Shown: piece by piece, positions 36,663-49,766 of the stretch
How positions within the stretch are numbered: the stretch's first letter is position 1
How the letters are laid out: every line of letters starts with the position of its first letter
From: Eledone cirrhosa
Taxonomy: Eukaryota
Direction: 5' to 3'
DNA: 64,000 nt
NCBI GenBank assembly: GCA_964016885.1
Contig: OZ024746.1
Coordinates: forward strand, 47,182,001-47,246,000
Program-made: the position numbers and the translations under genes
The notes under the pieces: model-generated
Database searches by the model: none
What the model was told of the DNA's origin: nothing
The model's input: the letters and a program-made list of their open reading frames with translations, nothing else

Positions 36663-39600
36663 ATGGCCATAAGAGTAGGAAGTTTAAATGTTCGTGGCCT
36701 GGGGTCGCCCTGGAAGCAAGGTCACTTTCTCAACGACCTCAGGTCACTAGGAATGGATGTAATTGCCATCAGCGAGACCAGAATTTCCGACACACGCGCA
36801 CTGGCGCCGATTTTCGACGATTATCAGATCTTTGCATCTGTTAGTCGGCCGGGAATGGGAGGTGGAGTGGCTGTGCTGTTTAGGAAATGTCTGGATCTCG
36901 AGGTAAGGTCAATCTTCCGGGATCCTGACGGAAAGTTGGTGGTCCTGGACGTGAGCAATAGCGAAGGTGGTGCCTTTAGACTGGTGGCCGTCTACGCCCC
37001 TACTGGGGCCGGTCGGCCGGACTTCTTTAGGCGCCTGGAAAACTTTCTGCTTACGTCTCGCCCTTTACTGTTAATAGGGGATTGGAATGGCATCTTAGAA
37101 GCACGCTGGGATTGTGTGGGAGTATCTGATAGGAGCGGGGGGTGCAAAAGCCTCAAGTACCTGATCAGCCAGTTTCAACTGTCTGACAGGTACCGACTAG
37201 ATTTCCCTAATGCGCCAGTATGGACCTGGACCAATCGCATAGGGTCATCTAGATCGTACATAGATAGGATTTTCATTAGGAAAAGAGATAGAAATAGTGT
37301 AGGATGTCCACATTTTAAAACGGTTGCCTATTCAGATCACAAGCTTGTGATCTGTATGGTCGACCTAGATAAGACACGTAGGTTAGGACCTAGCTACTGG
37401 AAGCTAAACATGTCGTTTCCGGCACGTAAAGCTTACAAAGACCGGGTCAACAACTTAGTTAAGCAAAAGTTGACAGGGGGGGTTGTCAACAACAGGTGGT
37501 GGGGGGCTCTCAAAAGAGAGATTAGAGCAACCTCGATAGGATTTAGCAAAGAAGTAGCAATAGAGAAAAATAGAAAGGAGGAGGGGTTGATAGCTAAGTT
37601 AGACGAGGCTATTTGTAGTGGCATTGCAACAGACGTGCTAGCGGCGAGAATGGCACTAGACCATTTCTTCAATGCGAAACACGAAGGTTGCATTGTCAGA
37701 GCTAAGGCGCGTGCTCTGAGGAACGAGGGAACCAAAGCTGCCCGATGGGCTCGCTTTGCAGAGACGCAGCGTGGAAATAAAACCACAATTCGGTCTTTGA
37801 CGGATCGAGATGGACACGAACTGAGCGATTCCAAGCAGATGTGTGAGGCCTTTCGCCAGCACTTTGCTCGATTGTTCGGGAGGATGGGTGAGTCGGAGAC
37901 GGCGGCGGACTTCAGTCCCTACCTCGACGGCTTGCCACGCCTCTCGACGGCCGACGCTGAGTGCTGCGAAGAGCCGATAACATCAGTCGAAATTCAGGAC
38001 GCCCTTGTCGGCTGCTCGAGTCGCAAGTCACCCGGTTTGGATGGTCTGCCCTACGAGCTTTACGTAAATATGCCAGACTTGTTCTCCGATCTCCTCGAAG
38101 CGCTCTACTGCAACTGGCAGCAGAACGGGAGCATTCCCAGTTCTGTGAGCCGTGGCGTAGTGACGCTGATAAGGAAAGACGAGAACAAGAGGGACACACT
38201 AGATAATTTCAGGCCCATAACCCTGCTCAACACAGAGTTTAAGATTTTGGCCAAGGTGTTAGCGAAAAGGTTGGCGCTTGTCGTCAAAGATTTGGTTGGG
38301 GAGGTGCAAACTTGCGCAATCCCGACCAGGTCCATACACGACAACCTCCACCTCATGCGATACATCATAGAGAGGGTTGGGTGCAAACCTGGCTTCGGTG
38401 GGGCTCTGATCAATTTAGATCAATCGAAAGCATTCGATAGGGTCGACCATCGGTACTTGGAGGCTGTCCTCGAGGCGGCTGGCTTCGGCCCCGTCTTCAG
38501 AAGCTGGATCGCTGCAATGTACAGCGTCATCTGCTCGGTGGTCAAAGTTAATGGCCACCTCTCGGAACCGTTTCAGATCTCTCGATCGGTCCGTCAAGGT
38601 GCCCTCTCTCCTCACTTCTGTACGTATTGACTCTTGAGCCTCTACTGCGGAAGCTGGAGTTGTTGCAGGGCATCCCGCTCGAACCGGGACGCAGAAAGGC
38701 TGCGTCCGCTTATGCGGACGACATCACCGTGATGGTGTCGGACACCTTGGAAATCGAGGTGATCCGCACCCATTTGGAGGAATATGAAAGGTTGACGGGA
38801 GCAAAACTTAACCCGGAAAAGTCGGTGGGCTTGCAGCTCGGCACCTGGAGAGGCAAGTCCATGCCGTCCAACAGCGTCGTTGGGCGCTGGACAGACGGAC
38901 CGGTAAAGTTGCTCGGGGTTTGGTTCGGACCAGACCTCCAGGTGGATAAGAATTGGGACGAGGTGACGAGCAGGATAGCCAACCTCACCCAGAAATGGGC
39001 TGAGAGAAAGCTATCACTGAAAGGGCGGGCGGAGGTGGCGAACGCGTACATCGCGTCCGTCATCTACTACCGCCTGACCGTCGTGCCTTGCCCCCGTCCA
39101 CGCCTCGCCAATTTGGAACGGCTCCTTTTCAAATTTTTGTGGAGGGGACGGGTCCCGTTGGTGAGGCGGTCCATCTGCTGCCAGCACCCTCTTCGTGGAG
39201 GGCTGGGCATGCCGTGGCTAATGATGCGCAGACATGCGCTGAGGCTGCGACATCTCCAGATATTTTGCCTAAACGGTGAACAGGTGTGGTCGCCGTTTGT
39301 TAGACGGGCCTTTCCGCAGCTCATCTCTTTGACTGAGCTGCAGTCCTGGGTCAAGAAGAGACCGAGACTGGGCGACTGGCATCTGGAATGTTGCCAGGCG
39401 CTCACTGCACTCTGCAAGGTGGGCAATGCGGTCAGTGGAACTTCCACTCAAGATTTCTATAGAGGATTAGTGGAGGGCAAGTGCGATGACGTACTAGGAG
39501 AGGTTCTGGGCGTCAACGAAGTAGAACTGACCAGTATGTTCCGGAGGACTTTCGAGCCGGGGACGATGGATAACTTCCAGAAATCCCTCGCTTGGCAGTG

Positions 39601-40081
39601 CTACCGGGGGGCGCTGCCGGTTCGGGATAAACTCTACAGGCACGGAAGTGCTGTCAGACGAACCTGCCCGAGATGCGCGCAGAGCGACGAAACCGTTCTG
39701 CACGCACTCGTCCAGTGTCCGTGCATTGCTGACTTGTGGGGTTATGTCGAACAGCTATTGTCGCGTGTAGAACGGATCCGGCTATCGTCCGAGTCCATAG
39801 TGAAGATTGACCCGCCGCCTTCTTTTGGTCAGGAAGGGCAGGCAATTTTCCTCTGCCTGGTGGCAGTAGCGAAAGAGGTTGCATGGTGGACCAGGTTGAA
39901 AGGACTGAAGACAGACACTTTCCTCTTCGGCCAATCCCTCATCAACTTCTTCAAGTTTCACTTGGAAAGGAAGGTGAGGGTAGAGAGAGAAGTGCTGCCC
40001 CCCAGTACATTTACTGAAAGGTGGGTGAATGTGGCGAGAATGGCCCGCGTGAGTGGGCCTACTCTGATCATGCGCCTGTAG
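36663..40081 (+). pseudogene. ORF2: APE endonuclease + RT + C-terminal zinc finger, with one frameshift at ~38600
   Basis: SLNVRGL, SET, GDWN, IDRIF, SDH; SPGLDG, FRPITLLN, DQSKAFDRV, RQG/CPLS split by a 1-nt loss, YADD; CPRC..ETVLHALVQC. Confidence 0.92.
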
Positions 40082-41286
40082 GCTGGTGAATTCGAGAAGG
40101 AGAGGGGTGCCCTTCCCGGGTGCCCTAGGAGCGTCGGGTGGCTCAGGACTGGTGGGGTGCTTGAGTCAACCCTGGGTGGTGATCCCTCTTATTGGGGAAC
40201 TTTCATTGTTGTATTTTTATTGTTATTTTGTTTTTTTGTTATTTATACTTACTCGATCTCTATGTAAACCCCCACTGTCCCTGTCTATTGTGTTGTCCCC
40301 TATATGTCGGCCCTTGTGGCCAATAAATGAAATCATTATTATTATTATTATATATATATATATTAAGTAGAAATAATTATTATTATTATATATATATATT
40401 ATAATTGAATATAAAAGAAAGATAAACACAGATATATACATATATGTGTTCAAATCGTATATTCAATTATAACATACGGCTCGGAAAAATCTCTTTCTTA
40501 GAGGTATTTTATAATAAGAGACTATTTTGAATTTCTAACTCAATATATTCCTTTGATATATATATACATGACACAATCTGAAATAACATTATCTCGAAAT
40601 TTCAAATCCTGAATGCCGAAGGTTTAAAATACCAAATAATGAAAATAAGGGAAAATACGTTTCAGGAGAGAATGATTTTCTTTCCTTGATTATGTTCTCT
40701 ATTTGAGCTGTAAATGTTGAAGAATTGTATACGACTCGTAATTTTATTGTTGTCTGTGTGTGTGAGAGAGAAAGAGAGATATTTATGCCGTTGCGTGGGA
40801 TCGTAAGTCATTTTTATGATCTATTACTGTTGTTTTAGAGCCAAATGTCTAGGTGATTGATGTTGCGTTGGAGCAGTTGTGCAGCTGCCTGAAGAATGGT
40901 GGGAGGATATGACTGTGATATCAACTCCATACAAAATTGTACCTGTTTTCAGGAAGTGTGAGAAAGGTTGTGTAGGTTTAGGCTAAAAGGTGTGGGCGAA
41001 ATATGGTATTCGATTCATGTGTGTTCGAAGACTTTTGTTTTTGTGTAATGTGCTGGCTTGACAACTTGATATCTATTTCAAAAGCCAGCGTGTTGTATTG
41101 TTTATTAAGACGATAACAATTATTTTGTATATAAGCGGGTGGTGGCGATAGAGACTGAGATTTGCTGATGTTCATAGAAGTTAGAATTGAAGGCTAACTG
41201 TAGAAGGCTTTCTGCTGTAGAATTCGTATTGTATCCTCTATATTATATTCATTGCCAGCATTTGGCTGGAACACATAAAAGAATAT

Positions 41287-41374
41287 AATTGTTTCTACTT
41301 TTGGCACAAGGCCAGCAATTACCCAGTGCATTACTGGTACTTTATTTTATCGACCCCGTAAGGATGAAAAGCAA
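41287..41374 (-). mobile_element. SINE S1 3' half
   Basis: Reverse complement of the S1 tail and core. Confidence 0.85.
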
Positions 41375-42351
41375 TGACATGTACGTGAAATTATATGGTT
41401 TGAAGAAGGGAATATTTAGATTTATGATACAAATGATGAGGCGTTCTAAAATGTGCACAATATACCACTAACTTTTTGGTGGCATTGGGTATTTGTGTTC
41501 ATAAAATAGTGTATGAATGATGTGGATAGTATTGACGTTATTTAGATCCACGTTAACCGAGATATCGTGAGAAAGAAAAACTTCAATCGAAGGTGTTCCA
41601 TACTAACTTAGCAGTGTTCCAGTCAATGCACATATTCTAAACATGTATGGTGCAGTTTAAGGGGAAAATTCGTCATTATTTCAATTACGTCGAATCATCA
41701 GAACCATATGGTTATTGTCTATAAATATATAATTTATGCTTTCATATACACTACTATTATGCTTAACGCTCTCTTGGTGCTACTGCCAATTAATTCTAAC
41801 TCGCCAAGCTCATGCTGTAAGCAAATGAGCATTTCCAGCCGATATTTTGTAATTGCTATATACAAAAGTGCATCCCCAGCACATGTTTATCACGCAAAAT
41901 CTCTATAGGCTCTAGTTTATTTTCATTTCAGTACCGATTAATTGAATGTCACTGATGAGAGATTAAGGCAAAGCCAACAATAGCAATGGCATGGAGCTAC
42001 CAATGTTATCTTCAAGCGTCGATTTGATGAAGCTGTTTTGCCGTGGCACCTAAATACGAAAAGCTTAGACCGAAAAGAAAAAGATAGAATATAATGCTAT
42101 CTGGGACGTCCTGGTTGATGTTACTATTATATTTGGTTGGCTTGTGAAATCATTAGTTACATATTATGCTGTAGCTTATGAAGAATGCGAACCACTGCTA
42201 TGAGATGGTTCCTGCTAGAGCCGAAATTCAAAACATGCTATTCATTCTTTTCAATCTCCAGAAAATATAAAACATATAAGACACGTTTACATGTTTGCAT
42301 ATATCAATTTAATTGTTTACATACATTCACGCAGCTTCAGTTAAATACTGC

Positions 42352-42425
42352 AGTGTTTCTGTACGAATTTCTGTTTTTAATATATATATATATATATTAG
42401 AAACAGAAATTCGTACAGAAACACT
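42352..42425. repeat. 74-bp near-perfect palindrome centred on (TA)n
   Basis: AGTGTTTCTGTACGAATTTCTGTTT / AAACAGAAATTCGTACAGAAACACT; one T-G mismatch overall. Confidence 0.95.
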
Positions 42426-42432
42426 CGCCACC

Positions 42433-42485
<53 letters not shown>

Positions 42486-43043
42486 ATAGTGATATTTACA
42501 CATAAGCAAATCAAATAATCACACACACGCGTGCATACATACTAACCTATTATGCTTTCACACGAATGCATATATATTTCCGTATAAACATCTTTTTCAT
42601 TCTTTTTAATTATTCAAGTATTTCTTATAAGGAATGAGCCTGTTTCAGACAAAGAAACGAATCTCTATCAGTGGGATTAGGATAACAAAATCGATAGATA
42701 TTACATGTTGAAAAATCTTGAATATTTCACTGTTCGACTGAGATTGTCAAACATTTACTAACGTACCCAAATGAACTAATATTTATTGGTTTTAAATGTG
42801 AATTTATACTTTGGAAATAAATACTATAATCTTCTAAGCTGCTGTCCATCAATATTTTTATTCTCATTGATGTTTGAAGATATTTCACAAAGACAGGGCC
42901 GCTGATCACCAAGATTTTACATTTTTTATTCTGTCTCAAACAACAATATCAGGACACTTACGTTACACTTGACAGATGTCTGGTGGTGAAGTTTCATCAA
43001 TATTCCTGATATTGATATATAGGTATGTAATATCTAATATTTG

Positions 43044-43086
<43 letters not shown>

Positions 43087-43738
43087 AGTATTTAGTAACA
43101 AAGTTCTTTTCGAATAATATTTTATTTTGTTTTAACAGCACCATGTCACTTTGAAAGGTAAACCGTGGTAGCATTAAAGTTGTTGGTTTCATTGTAACGT
43201 TCTTCATAGAAATGGGATATGATCGTCATTTTCGATCGTATTGTGAGTATTTATTGACTTCGCTATCAATTTTGTTCATAGATGTCTCCTACTTTTGGCT
43301 TGCAAAACCATGCCCTTCGAAGTATGACATGACTTAACAGTTGTGAGTCCAAGAGATAGATTACATTATATGTTAGTGCTAGCATCAAACTCAGATATAC
43401 CATGGTTAAAGTACGATAGTGTAAATCTGGGGTCGAATGGGGATCATCAGAGCGTATTTAAGATGTTGCTCTCATCACGTCGATATATTTATTTTCGCTA
43501 TCCTTGTTTAGCGTTATATGGGTGAAACCATATAACACTAAAAAACGATTTGCATTGGTTTTAAGACTCTTCCTATATAATCATATCTGTAGAGGCTTCC
43601 AGTTGATGTCAAATTCTCGATGGTTTTAATATCCAGAGCAGATTTCCTCTACTGACCTGTCGATAATTTCTATTTTCAGTTAAACACAATATAGACAAAC
43701 AGCATGAATTCATTCCTATATACATACACACACACAAA

Positions 43739-45480
43739 CACATACATACATACATACATACATACATACATACATACATACATACATGGTGGCTGCCAAC
43801 TCGTTTTCGAGTACGGCCACTACTTTACATCCATGTAGGATAACCCCTACCGAAGCGCTGAACGAGTGTGACTTTTTAGTCCAGCCAGCGACTTGAAACC
43901 TCTGGTACAAACACTACACCTGTGACAATTATTGACACATAGTGCTAGGCCCATGGTAGGACAATTATTGACACATAGTGCTGGGCCCATGTGAGGACAA
44001 GTGCAGAGAGATCTCCAGATATAAAGCAATGCCTGTGCCGTGAAGCTTTTATAGTGAGCAAAGGCACTGCACAAAGCCAGTCCCACTCTCTTAACCAAGA
44101 TGCTATTTACCAAAAAGAAGAACAAGTCAACATCATTGGATACCATCAGGGTTGCAGGTGTTATATCAGAGTTTTCCTTCTCCTAGAATTCTGCCTTGAC
44201 TAAGGCTAAAGGGGTCATCTCTCCCGGTGATTTTGGATGGCCATTGACTCTTAAGAGCTCCTTTGCCCTTTGACAGGTTTTGTTTTTTTTTAATACATAC
44301 ATACATACATACATACATACATACATACATACATACATGGTGGCTGCCAACTCGTTTTCGAGTACGACCACTTCTTTATATCCATGTAGGAGAACCCCTG
44401 CCGATGCGCTGAACGGGTGTGACTTTTTAGTCCAGCCAGCGACTTGAAAACTCTGGTACAAACACTACACTTGTGACAATTATTGACACATAGTGCTGGG
44501 CCCATGGTACCATATGACGACAAGTGCAGAGAGATCTCCAGATATAAAGCAATGCCTGTGCCATGAAGCTTTTATAGTGAGCAAAGGCACTGCACAAAGC
44601 CAGTGCCACTCTCTTAACCAAGATGATATTTACCAAAAAGAAGAACAAGTCAACATCATTGGATACCATCAGGGTTGCAGGTGTTATATCAGAGTTTTCC
44701 TTCTCCTAGAATTCTGCCTTGACAAAGGCTAAGAGGTCATCTCTCCCAATGATTTTGGATGGCCATTGACTCTTAAGATCTCCTTTGCCCATTGACAGGT
44801 TTTGTTTTTAATCCTGCAGGATGTCCAAAGTCACCCTCCTCAACAAGAAACCTTGGTGGGGTTGCCAGTTTCGTCGCCAACGACCCGACCATGAGACAGG
44901 TTGTACTGGGATACATGTTACCAGTAGCACCAACTGGTGACCTGACATACATACATAAATACATACATACATACATACATACATACATACATACATACAT
45001 ACATACATACATACATACATACATACATACATACATGGTGGTTGCCAACTCGTTTTCGAGTACGGCCACTACTTTATATCCATGTAGGAGAACCCCTACC
45101 AACGCGCTGAACGGGTGTGACTTTTTAGTCCAGCCAGCGACTTGAAAACTCTGCTACAAACACTACACTTGTGACAATTATTGACACACAGTACTGGTAC
45201 CATGTGACGACAAGTGCAGAGAGATCTCCAGATATAAAGCAATGCCTGTGCCGTGAAGCTTTTATAGTGAGCAAAGGCACTGCACAAAGCCAGTCCCACT
45301 CTCTTAACCAAGATGATATTTACCAAAAAGAAGAACAAGTCAACATCATTGGATACCATCAGGGTTGCAGGTGTTATATCAGAGTTTTCCTTCTCCTAGA
45401 ATTCTGCCTTGACAAAGGCTAAGGGATCATCTCTCCCGGTGATTTTGGATGGCCATTGACTCTTAAGAGCTCCTTTGCCC

Positions 45481-45512
<32 letters not shown>

Positions 45513-45558
45513 CATACATACATACATACATACATACATACATACATACATACATACA

Positions 45559-45587
<29 letters not shown>
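43739..45587 (-). mobile_element. Three tandem non-autonomous RTE-type units (43788-44292, 44339-44944, 45037-45482) separated by (TACA)n
   Basis: Shared 3' ends with C2H2-like CSVCTRVFKSLAGLKSHTRSAH, ACTCG-AAAA-CGAGT hairpin and (ATGT)n tail; staggered 5' ends; no RT coding. Confidence 0.75.
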
Positions 45588-45591
<4 letters not shown>

Positions 45592-47537
45592 GTATATGAC
45601 AAAAAGGAAGTTTCTTTATTCCACCCACAAAAGTAGAAATATATAGAAAAGAAGTTGAAATACACTTGGAATCTTAAAGAAGATTTGTGAGCTCACAGGT
45701 TTCACAGTTTAATGATTTTCAAAGGTTACATGAGATGAAAAGACGTAACTGTGTCGACTCTGACAGGAGTCGACATACCTACACGCACGCACATACAATC
45801 AGAAACTGAAACACAAACAGATAGTGACAGATTTGGAAAGAGAGTGAATGAATGATAAGAAAAAGAGGTTTATATATAGATCTCTTCATATTCTCAGTCG
45901 TATTTACACTTTAAGTTGTCATACATACATGCACACACACACAACACACAAATTGTTATATATGTATTCGTATATGTATATATGTATATATCTAAGTATG
46001 TGTTTGTGTCTATAAGCATGTATTTATATATTTATGTGAGTGCGTGTACGTGCGTATGTGGGTGTATTTGTGCAGGTAAGTTACACACGTAGATGGTAAC
46101 GAATAGGCGATTATTTAACTATTTAAATATGACTATATGTATATATGTCCAATGTATTCGAATGTCGTGTTTAAGTGTTGAAAACAAACAATATATCATC
46201 ACGTTATATTTTCAAATAACAATTAAAATGTCCACAGAAATGTAATAAGTTTAAGAAAAAGGTCAAATTTTGGTAAATTTCAGCTGTGATATCTTCAAAT
46301 GTACAATACTTCCATTATCATTTATCTTTTGCACACCACTGAAATATAGTGATCAAATATTCAGTGAAACACTAAAATATAAATATATGTACTAATACTA
46401 GAGAAGTGACATTCTCTTGCAGACTCCTTGGCCACTACAAAACACTCAAAATATTTCTCTGTGACTTAATTCCATACGTTCATGCTTACATTGTTGTTGT
46501 TTGTGGTGTAAGTATTGTTATTCTCGTCGATAATGTTGGTATAATATCAATTGTTAATGGTGTTGATGGTAGTGGTAGTGCTAAGAATAATGATGCTGAT
46601 AGTGTTAATTATGGATTTATGGGTGTAATGTTGATCGTTACACTAATTATAGTTGTATTGGTGATGGAGTTTGGGGAATTGTAATGTTGATAACTATATC
46701 GGTGTTGATGATATAATTATGAGGATGGTGGTTTGGGGAATTATGTCGATAACGTGGGTGGAGAACGTATAGATAACATTGATAGGACGTATAGATAACA
46801 CTGATTTATAACAATATTAATACACCACCAAATCTCCAGATTAACATTTAAGTACTCTGCGTTCCATCTCATTCGGCTCTCTTATTTGAACTACAATAAC
46901 AACGCTAAAAGCCACAGCATGTAATGACTGATGTACAAGGATTTAGAGGATTTACAAAGATCCCCCCCCCCCCACATACCACAAACTCTTCTGATTGTCA
47001 CTCTACCACACTCCATATTACACATACGTCTCCTTTTTCCCACTACAGCCCACACATGACATTGCCCTAATACTACATGCACAGAGCTTCATTGTTACAC
47101 AACATTCCTCGATAAATTCATTGCTTTTGGTACAAAATATAATTACATGCAAGCAACGATCACCATAAAGTGGTGTTTTTTGTTGTAAGATTCAGCACTA
47201 CGAATTCTATATTTTTAGTTCGAATCTTGGTGGAATCTTTTTTCTAACATTTTACAGTAAAACTGTTAATTTTAATGTAACTATTATAAGAACAAATGTT
47301 ACGTCTCAAATAATATCAAAAACCCTCTACATTTTATTTGCTGCTATGTTAAATGTTCTAGTTTTATGTGGACTACAATTCGACTAATCAAAATTACATC
47401 TTACAAGAATTTTGCGATTATATAGAAGCCATCACGGTGGTTAATATCGCGAAAAATAATTCAGATCTACCTATGACATAGCTTCAACTAAGATACAAAA
47501 CGATTTGAAGAATCTGTTATTTGGATCAAAGTTCACG

Positions 47538-47683
47538 GTATACTTTGATTTTGACAAAACGTTTAATAAAGTCGACTGTAGAGTTTTATGTCACAAGATG
47601 AAAATCTTAGAAGCAAAACAAAGTTTGGGTATTTGGAGTTTCTTATTTCATCAAAGACCGCAGTCACATGGTAGTAATTGATG
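47538..47683 (+). pseudogene. Degenerate CR1/L2-like RT fragment
   Basis: VYFDFDKTFNKVDCRVLCHKMK resembles IYLDFAKAFDKVDH..L..KL. Confidence 0.6.
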
Positions 47684-47712
47684 AAATAATAGAAAATATG
47701 GTTCTGGTCTAA

Positions 47713-47980
47713 GTGAAGACACGAGGCTTAACGGTTAGGGTGTTCACATAACGATCATAAGGTTAATAGTTCAATTCCCGGACCGTGCGGTGTGTTGGGT
47801 CCTTTAGAATGGTATTTTATTTTACGTTACTCGAGTCCACTCCGCCTTTATCATGCTGACTCTCTGTGAGAACTATGTTAAAGGTACACGTGTCTGTGGA
47901 ATGCTCAGTCACTTTCATGTTAATGTCACGGTGATTAAATCAGCTGGGACACTCACCGTCGGAAACTACGGAGGTCCAAC
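47713..47980 (+). mobile_element. tRNA-derived SINE, second family (S2), degenerate
   Basis: GGCTTAACGGTTAG A box, AGTTCAATTCC B box; central TTTATTTTACGTTACTC..GTCCACTC domain shared with 51585-51895. Confidence 0.7.
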
Positions 47981-48596
47981 ATGTGTTTCAACAAGACTTA
48001 CATATATTATACAACTGAGCAATGATAATAATACGTCGTTCATCGCCACAACATTCTATTATTTGTACATATTATAAAATGTGTTCTGTTAATATGGTTG
48101 AATATCCCAGTGGAGAATTACAATGTTATTTAAAAGTGATCGCTTTGTGTATGACAGTAGAAAACATAACTTGGAAGAGCAGCGAGGTAGAAATGATGTC
48201 CTGTGTAAAATCACTGTCGGGAAATTGTCTGATATTGATATTCAGATTAAATGTGGAGTGTAGTGTTAAAATCAAAACATTCCATAGGATACAATATGAC
48301 AAATCGAAATATCTTTTGGTAGGTGCAGTATCGCAGTGAGTATATTTTGCGTACTATTCGATATCGTGTGAGTACGCATTATGAAATACTTGCAAACACG
48401 TTCGTATATTCTTAGGATTTACAATAAGAACAAGATAACAGTTGCAGTAAACAAATATTTCAAGTCATTATACTGGAATGTATTCGTAATACATTAGCTT
48501 GATTGTCATTTTAGACAAACACACACATACACACACCCACACATACACACAGCCAAACATAGACACACACAGATACACACACACACATATATACAC

Positions 48597-49692
48597 ATTT
48601 TTCCCCTTCTTCCTCTCTCATACTCTTATCCCCCCTGTTCTTCCTCCTTTCTCTCTCTTTCCTTTTCTCTCTCCTTTTTTTCTCTCTTTCTCCTTTTCCA
48701 CCTGGCCTTTTGATTAATAAAAGGCCTCGGGCGCACCCGAACTACACCGATGTCCTGTAATTCAGCGCCGAAACATCGGTTCGGGAAACATTTAGAGCTG
48801 ACGATCGAAACTCCTTTCTTCCTTTCTCCTCCTGTTCCGTCCTAACCACCATACTAAACCTTGTTTTTAGTAACCACACAGCTCCTATCGTTTCATTACT
48901 TTTTTGTATTTACCGCTGTGACCCTACCTGCTTTGGTCGATCTGTGTACCCTCCACACTTTCGCATCGAGCCTCCCTTCTCTCTTCCCTTCTCCTCCTCA
49001 CTCTCGTTTTTTTTCTCTCTCCCTCTCTCTCCATCCGTTCGATTTTAATTGTTGACATGTTTACACGTACCGTGGTGGCCTCTCTGTCCGCAATCTTTGC
49101 GGCACGTTTTTACCACCATCGTAAAAAAAAACCTTCTGGATTATCTCCCTTTCCCTTCTCCTCCTAACTTTTAGTTGCCCGTGTCTCTCTCTCACTTTCT
49201 CCTATCTATGTGAGAGGCGGCACGATTATACCAGCTCTGAGTCGTAGCTGACCACCAGGCAAAAGTCTCCCAGGCTGGCCACAACTTACTTTGCCTATTT
49301 TTCCACGGTTACTTTTTTGCATGTTTATTTCACTTGTGTCTTCCCACGATGGGACCTGTACACTTTTTTCTTCTATTCCTTTCCTATTTATCCCCTTCTT
49401 CCTCTCTCCTCATCTCCCCCCTCCCCTCTGTTCTTCCTCCTTTCCCTCTCTTTCCTTCTCTCTCTTCTTTTCTCTCTCTTTCTCTCTCCTTTTATACCTG
49501 ACCTTTTGATTAATAAAAGGCCTCGGGCGCACCCGAACTACACCGATGTCCTGTAATTCAGCGCCGAAAACATCGCTTCGGGAAACATTACAGTTGACGA
49601 TGGAAACTCCTTTCTTCCTTTCTCCTCCTGTTCCGTCCTAACCACCATCCTAAACCTTGTTTTTAGTAACCACACAGCTCCTTTCGTTTCAT
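48597..49692. repeat. ~300-bp direct repeats (48597-48896, 49387-49692) bounding a non-coding element
   Basis: CCTTTTGATTAATAAAAGGCCTCGGGCGCACCCGAACTACACCGATGTCCTGTAATTCAGCGCCGAAA occurs twice; microsatellites on both flanks. Confidence 0.85.
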
Positions 49693-49722
49693 AACTTTTT
49701 GTATATATATATATATGTGTGT

Positions 49723-49766
<44 letters not shown>

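Larger units (their letters stand above)
34509..40334 (+). mobile_element. L1/Tx1-clade non-LTR retrotransposon, full length, inserted in (ATT)n
   Basis: Two ORFs, AATAAA at 40322, no poly(A), (ATT)n on both flanks. Confidence 0.92.

Noticed and set aside
38590-38630. Programmed frameshift in Tx1 ORF2
   Set aside because: Falls inside the conserved QGCPLS motif with no slippery heptamer; more likely a mutation or sequencing error.
43739-45587. Repeat-spacer look resembling a CRISPR array
   Set aside because: Repeats are variable-length microsatellites, the spacers are homologous to each other, there are no cas genes, and the context is eukaryotic.
48798-48814. CTGACGA-TC-GAAA hammerhead-like core
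   Set aside because: No stem II or III, and the second repeat copy reads TTGACGATGGAAA.
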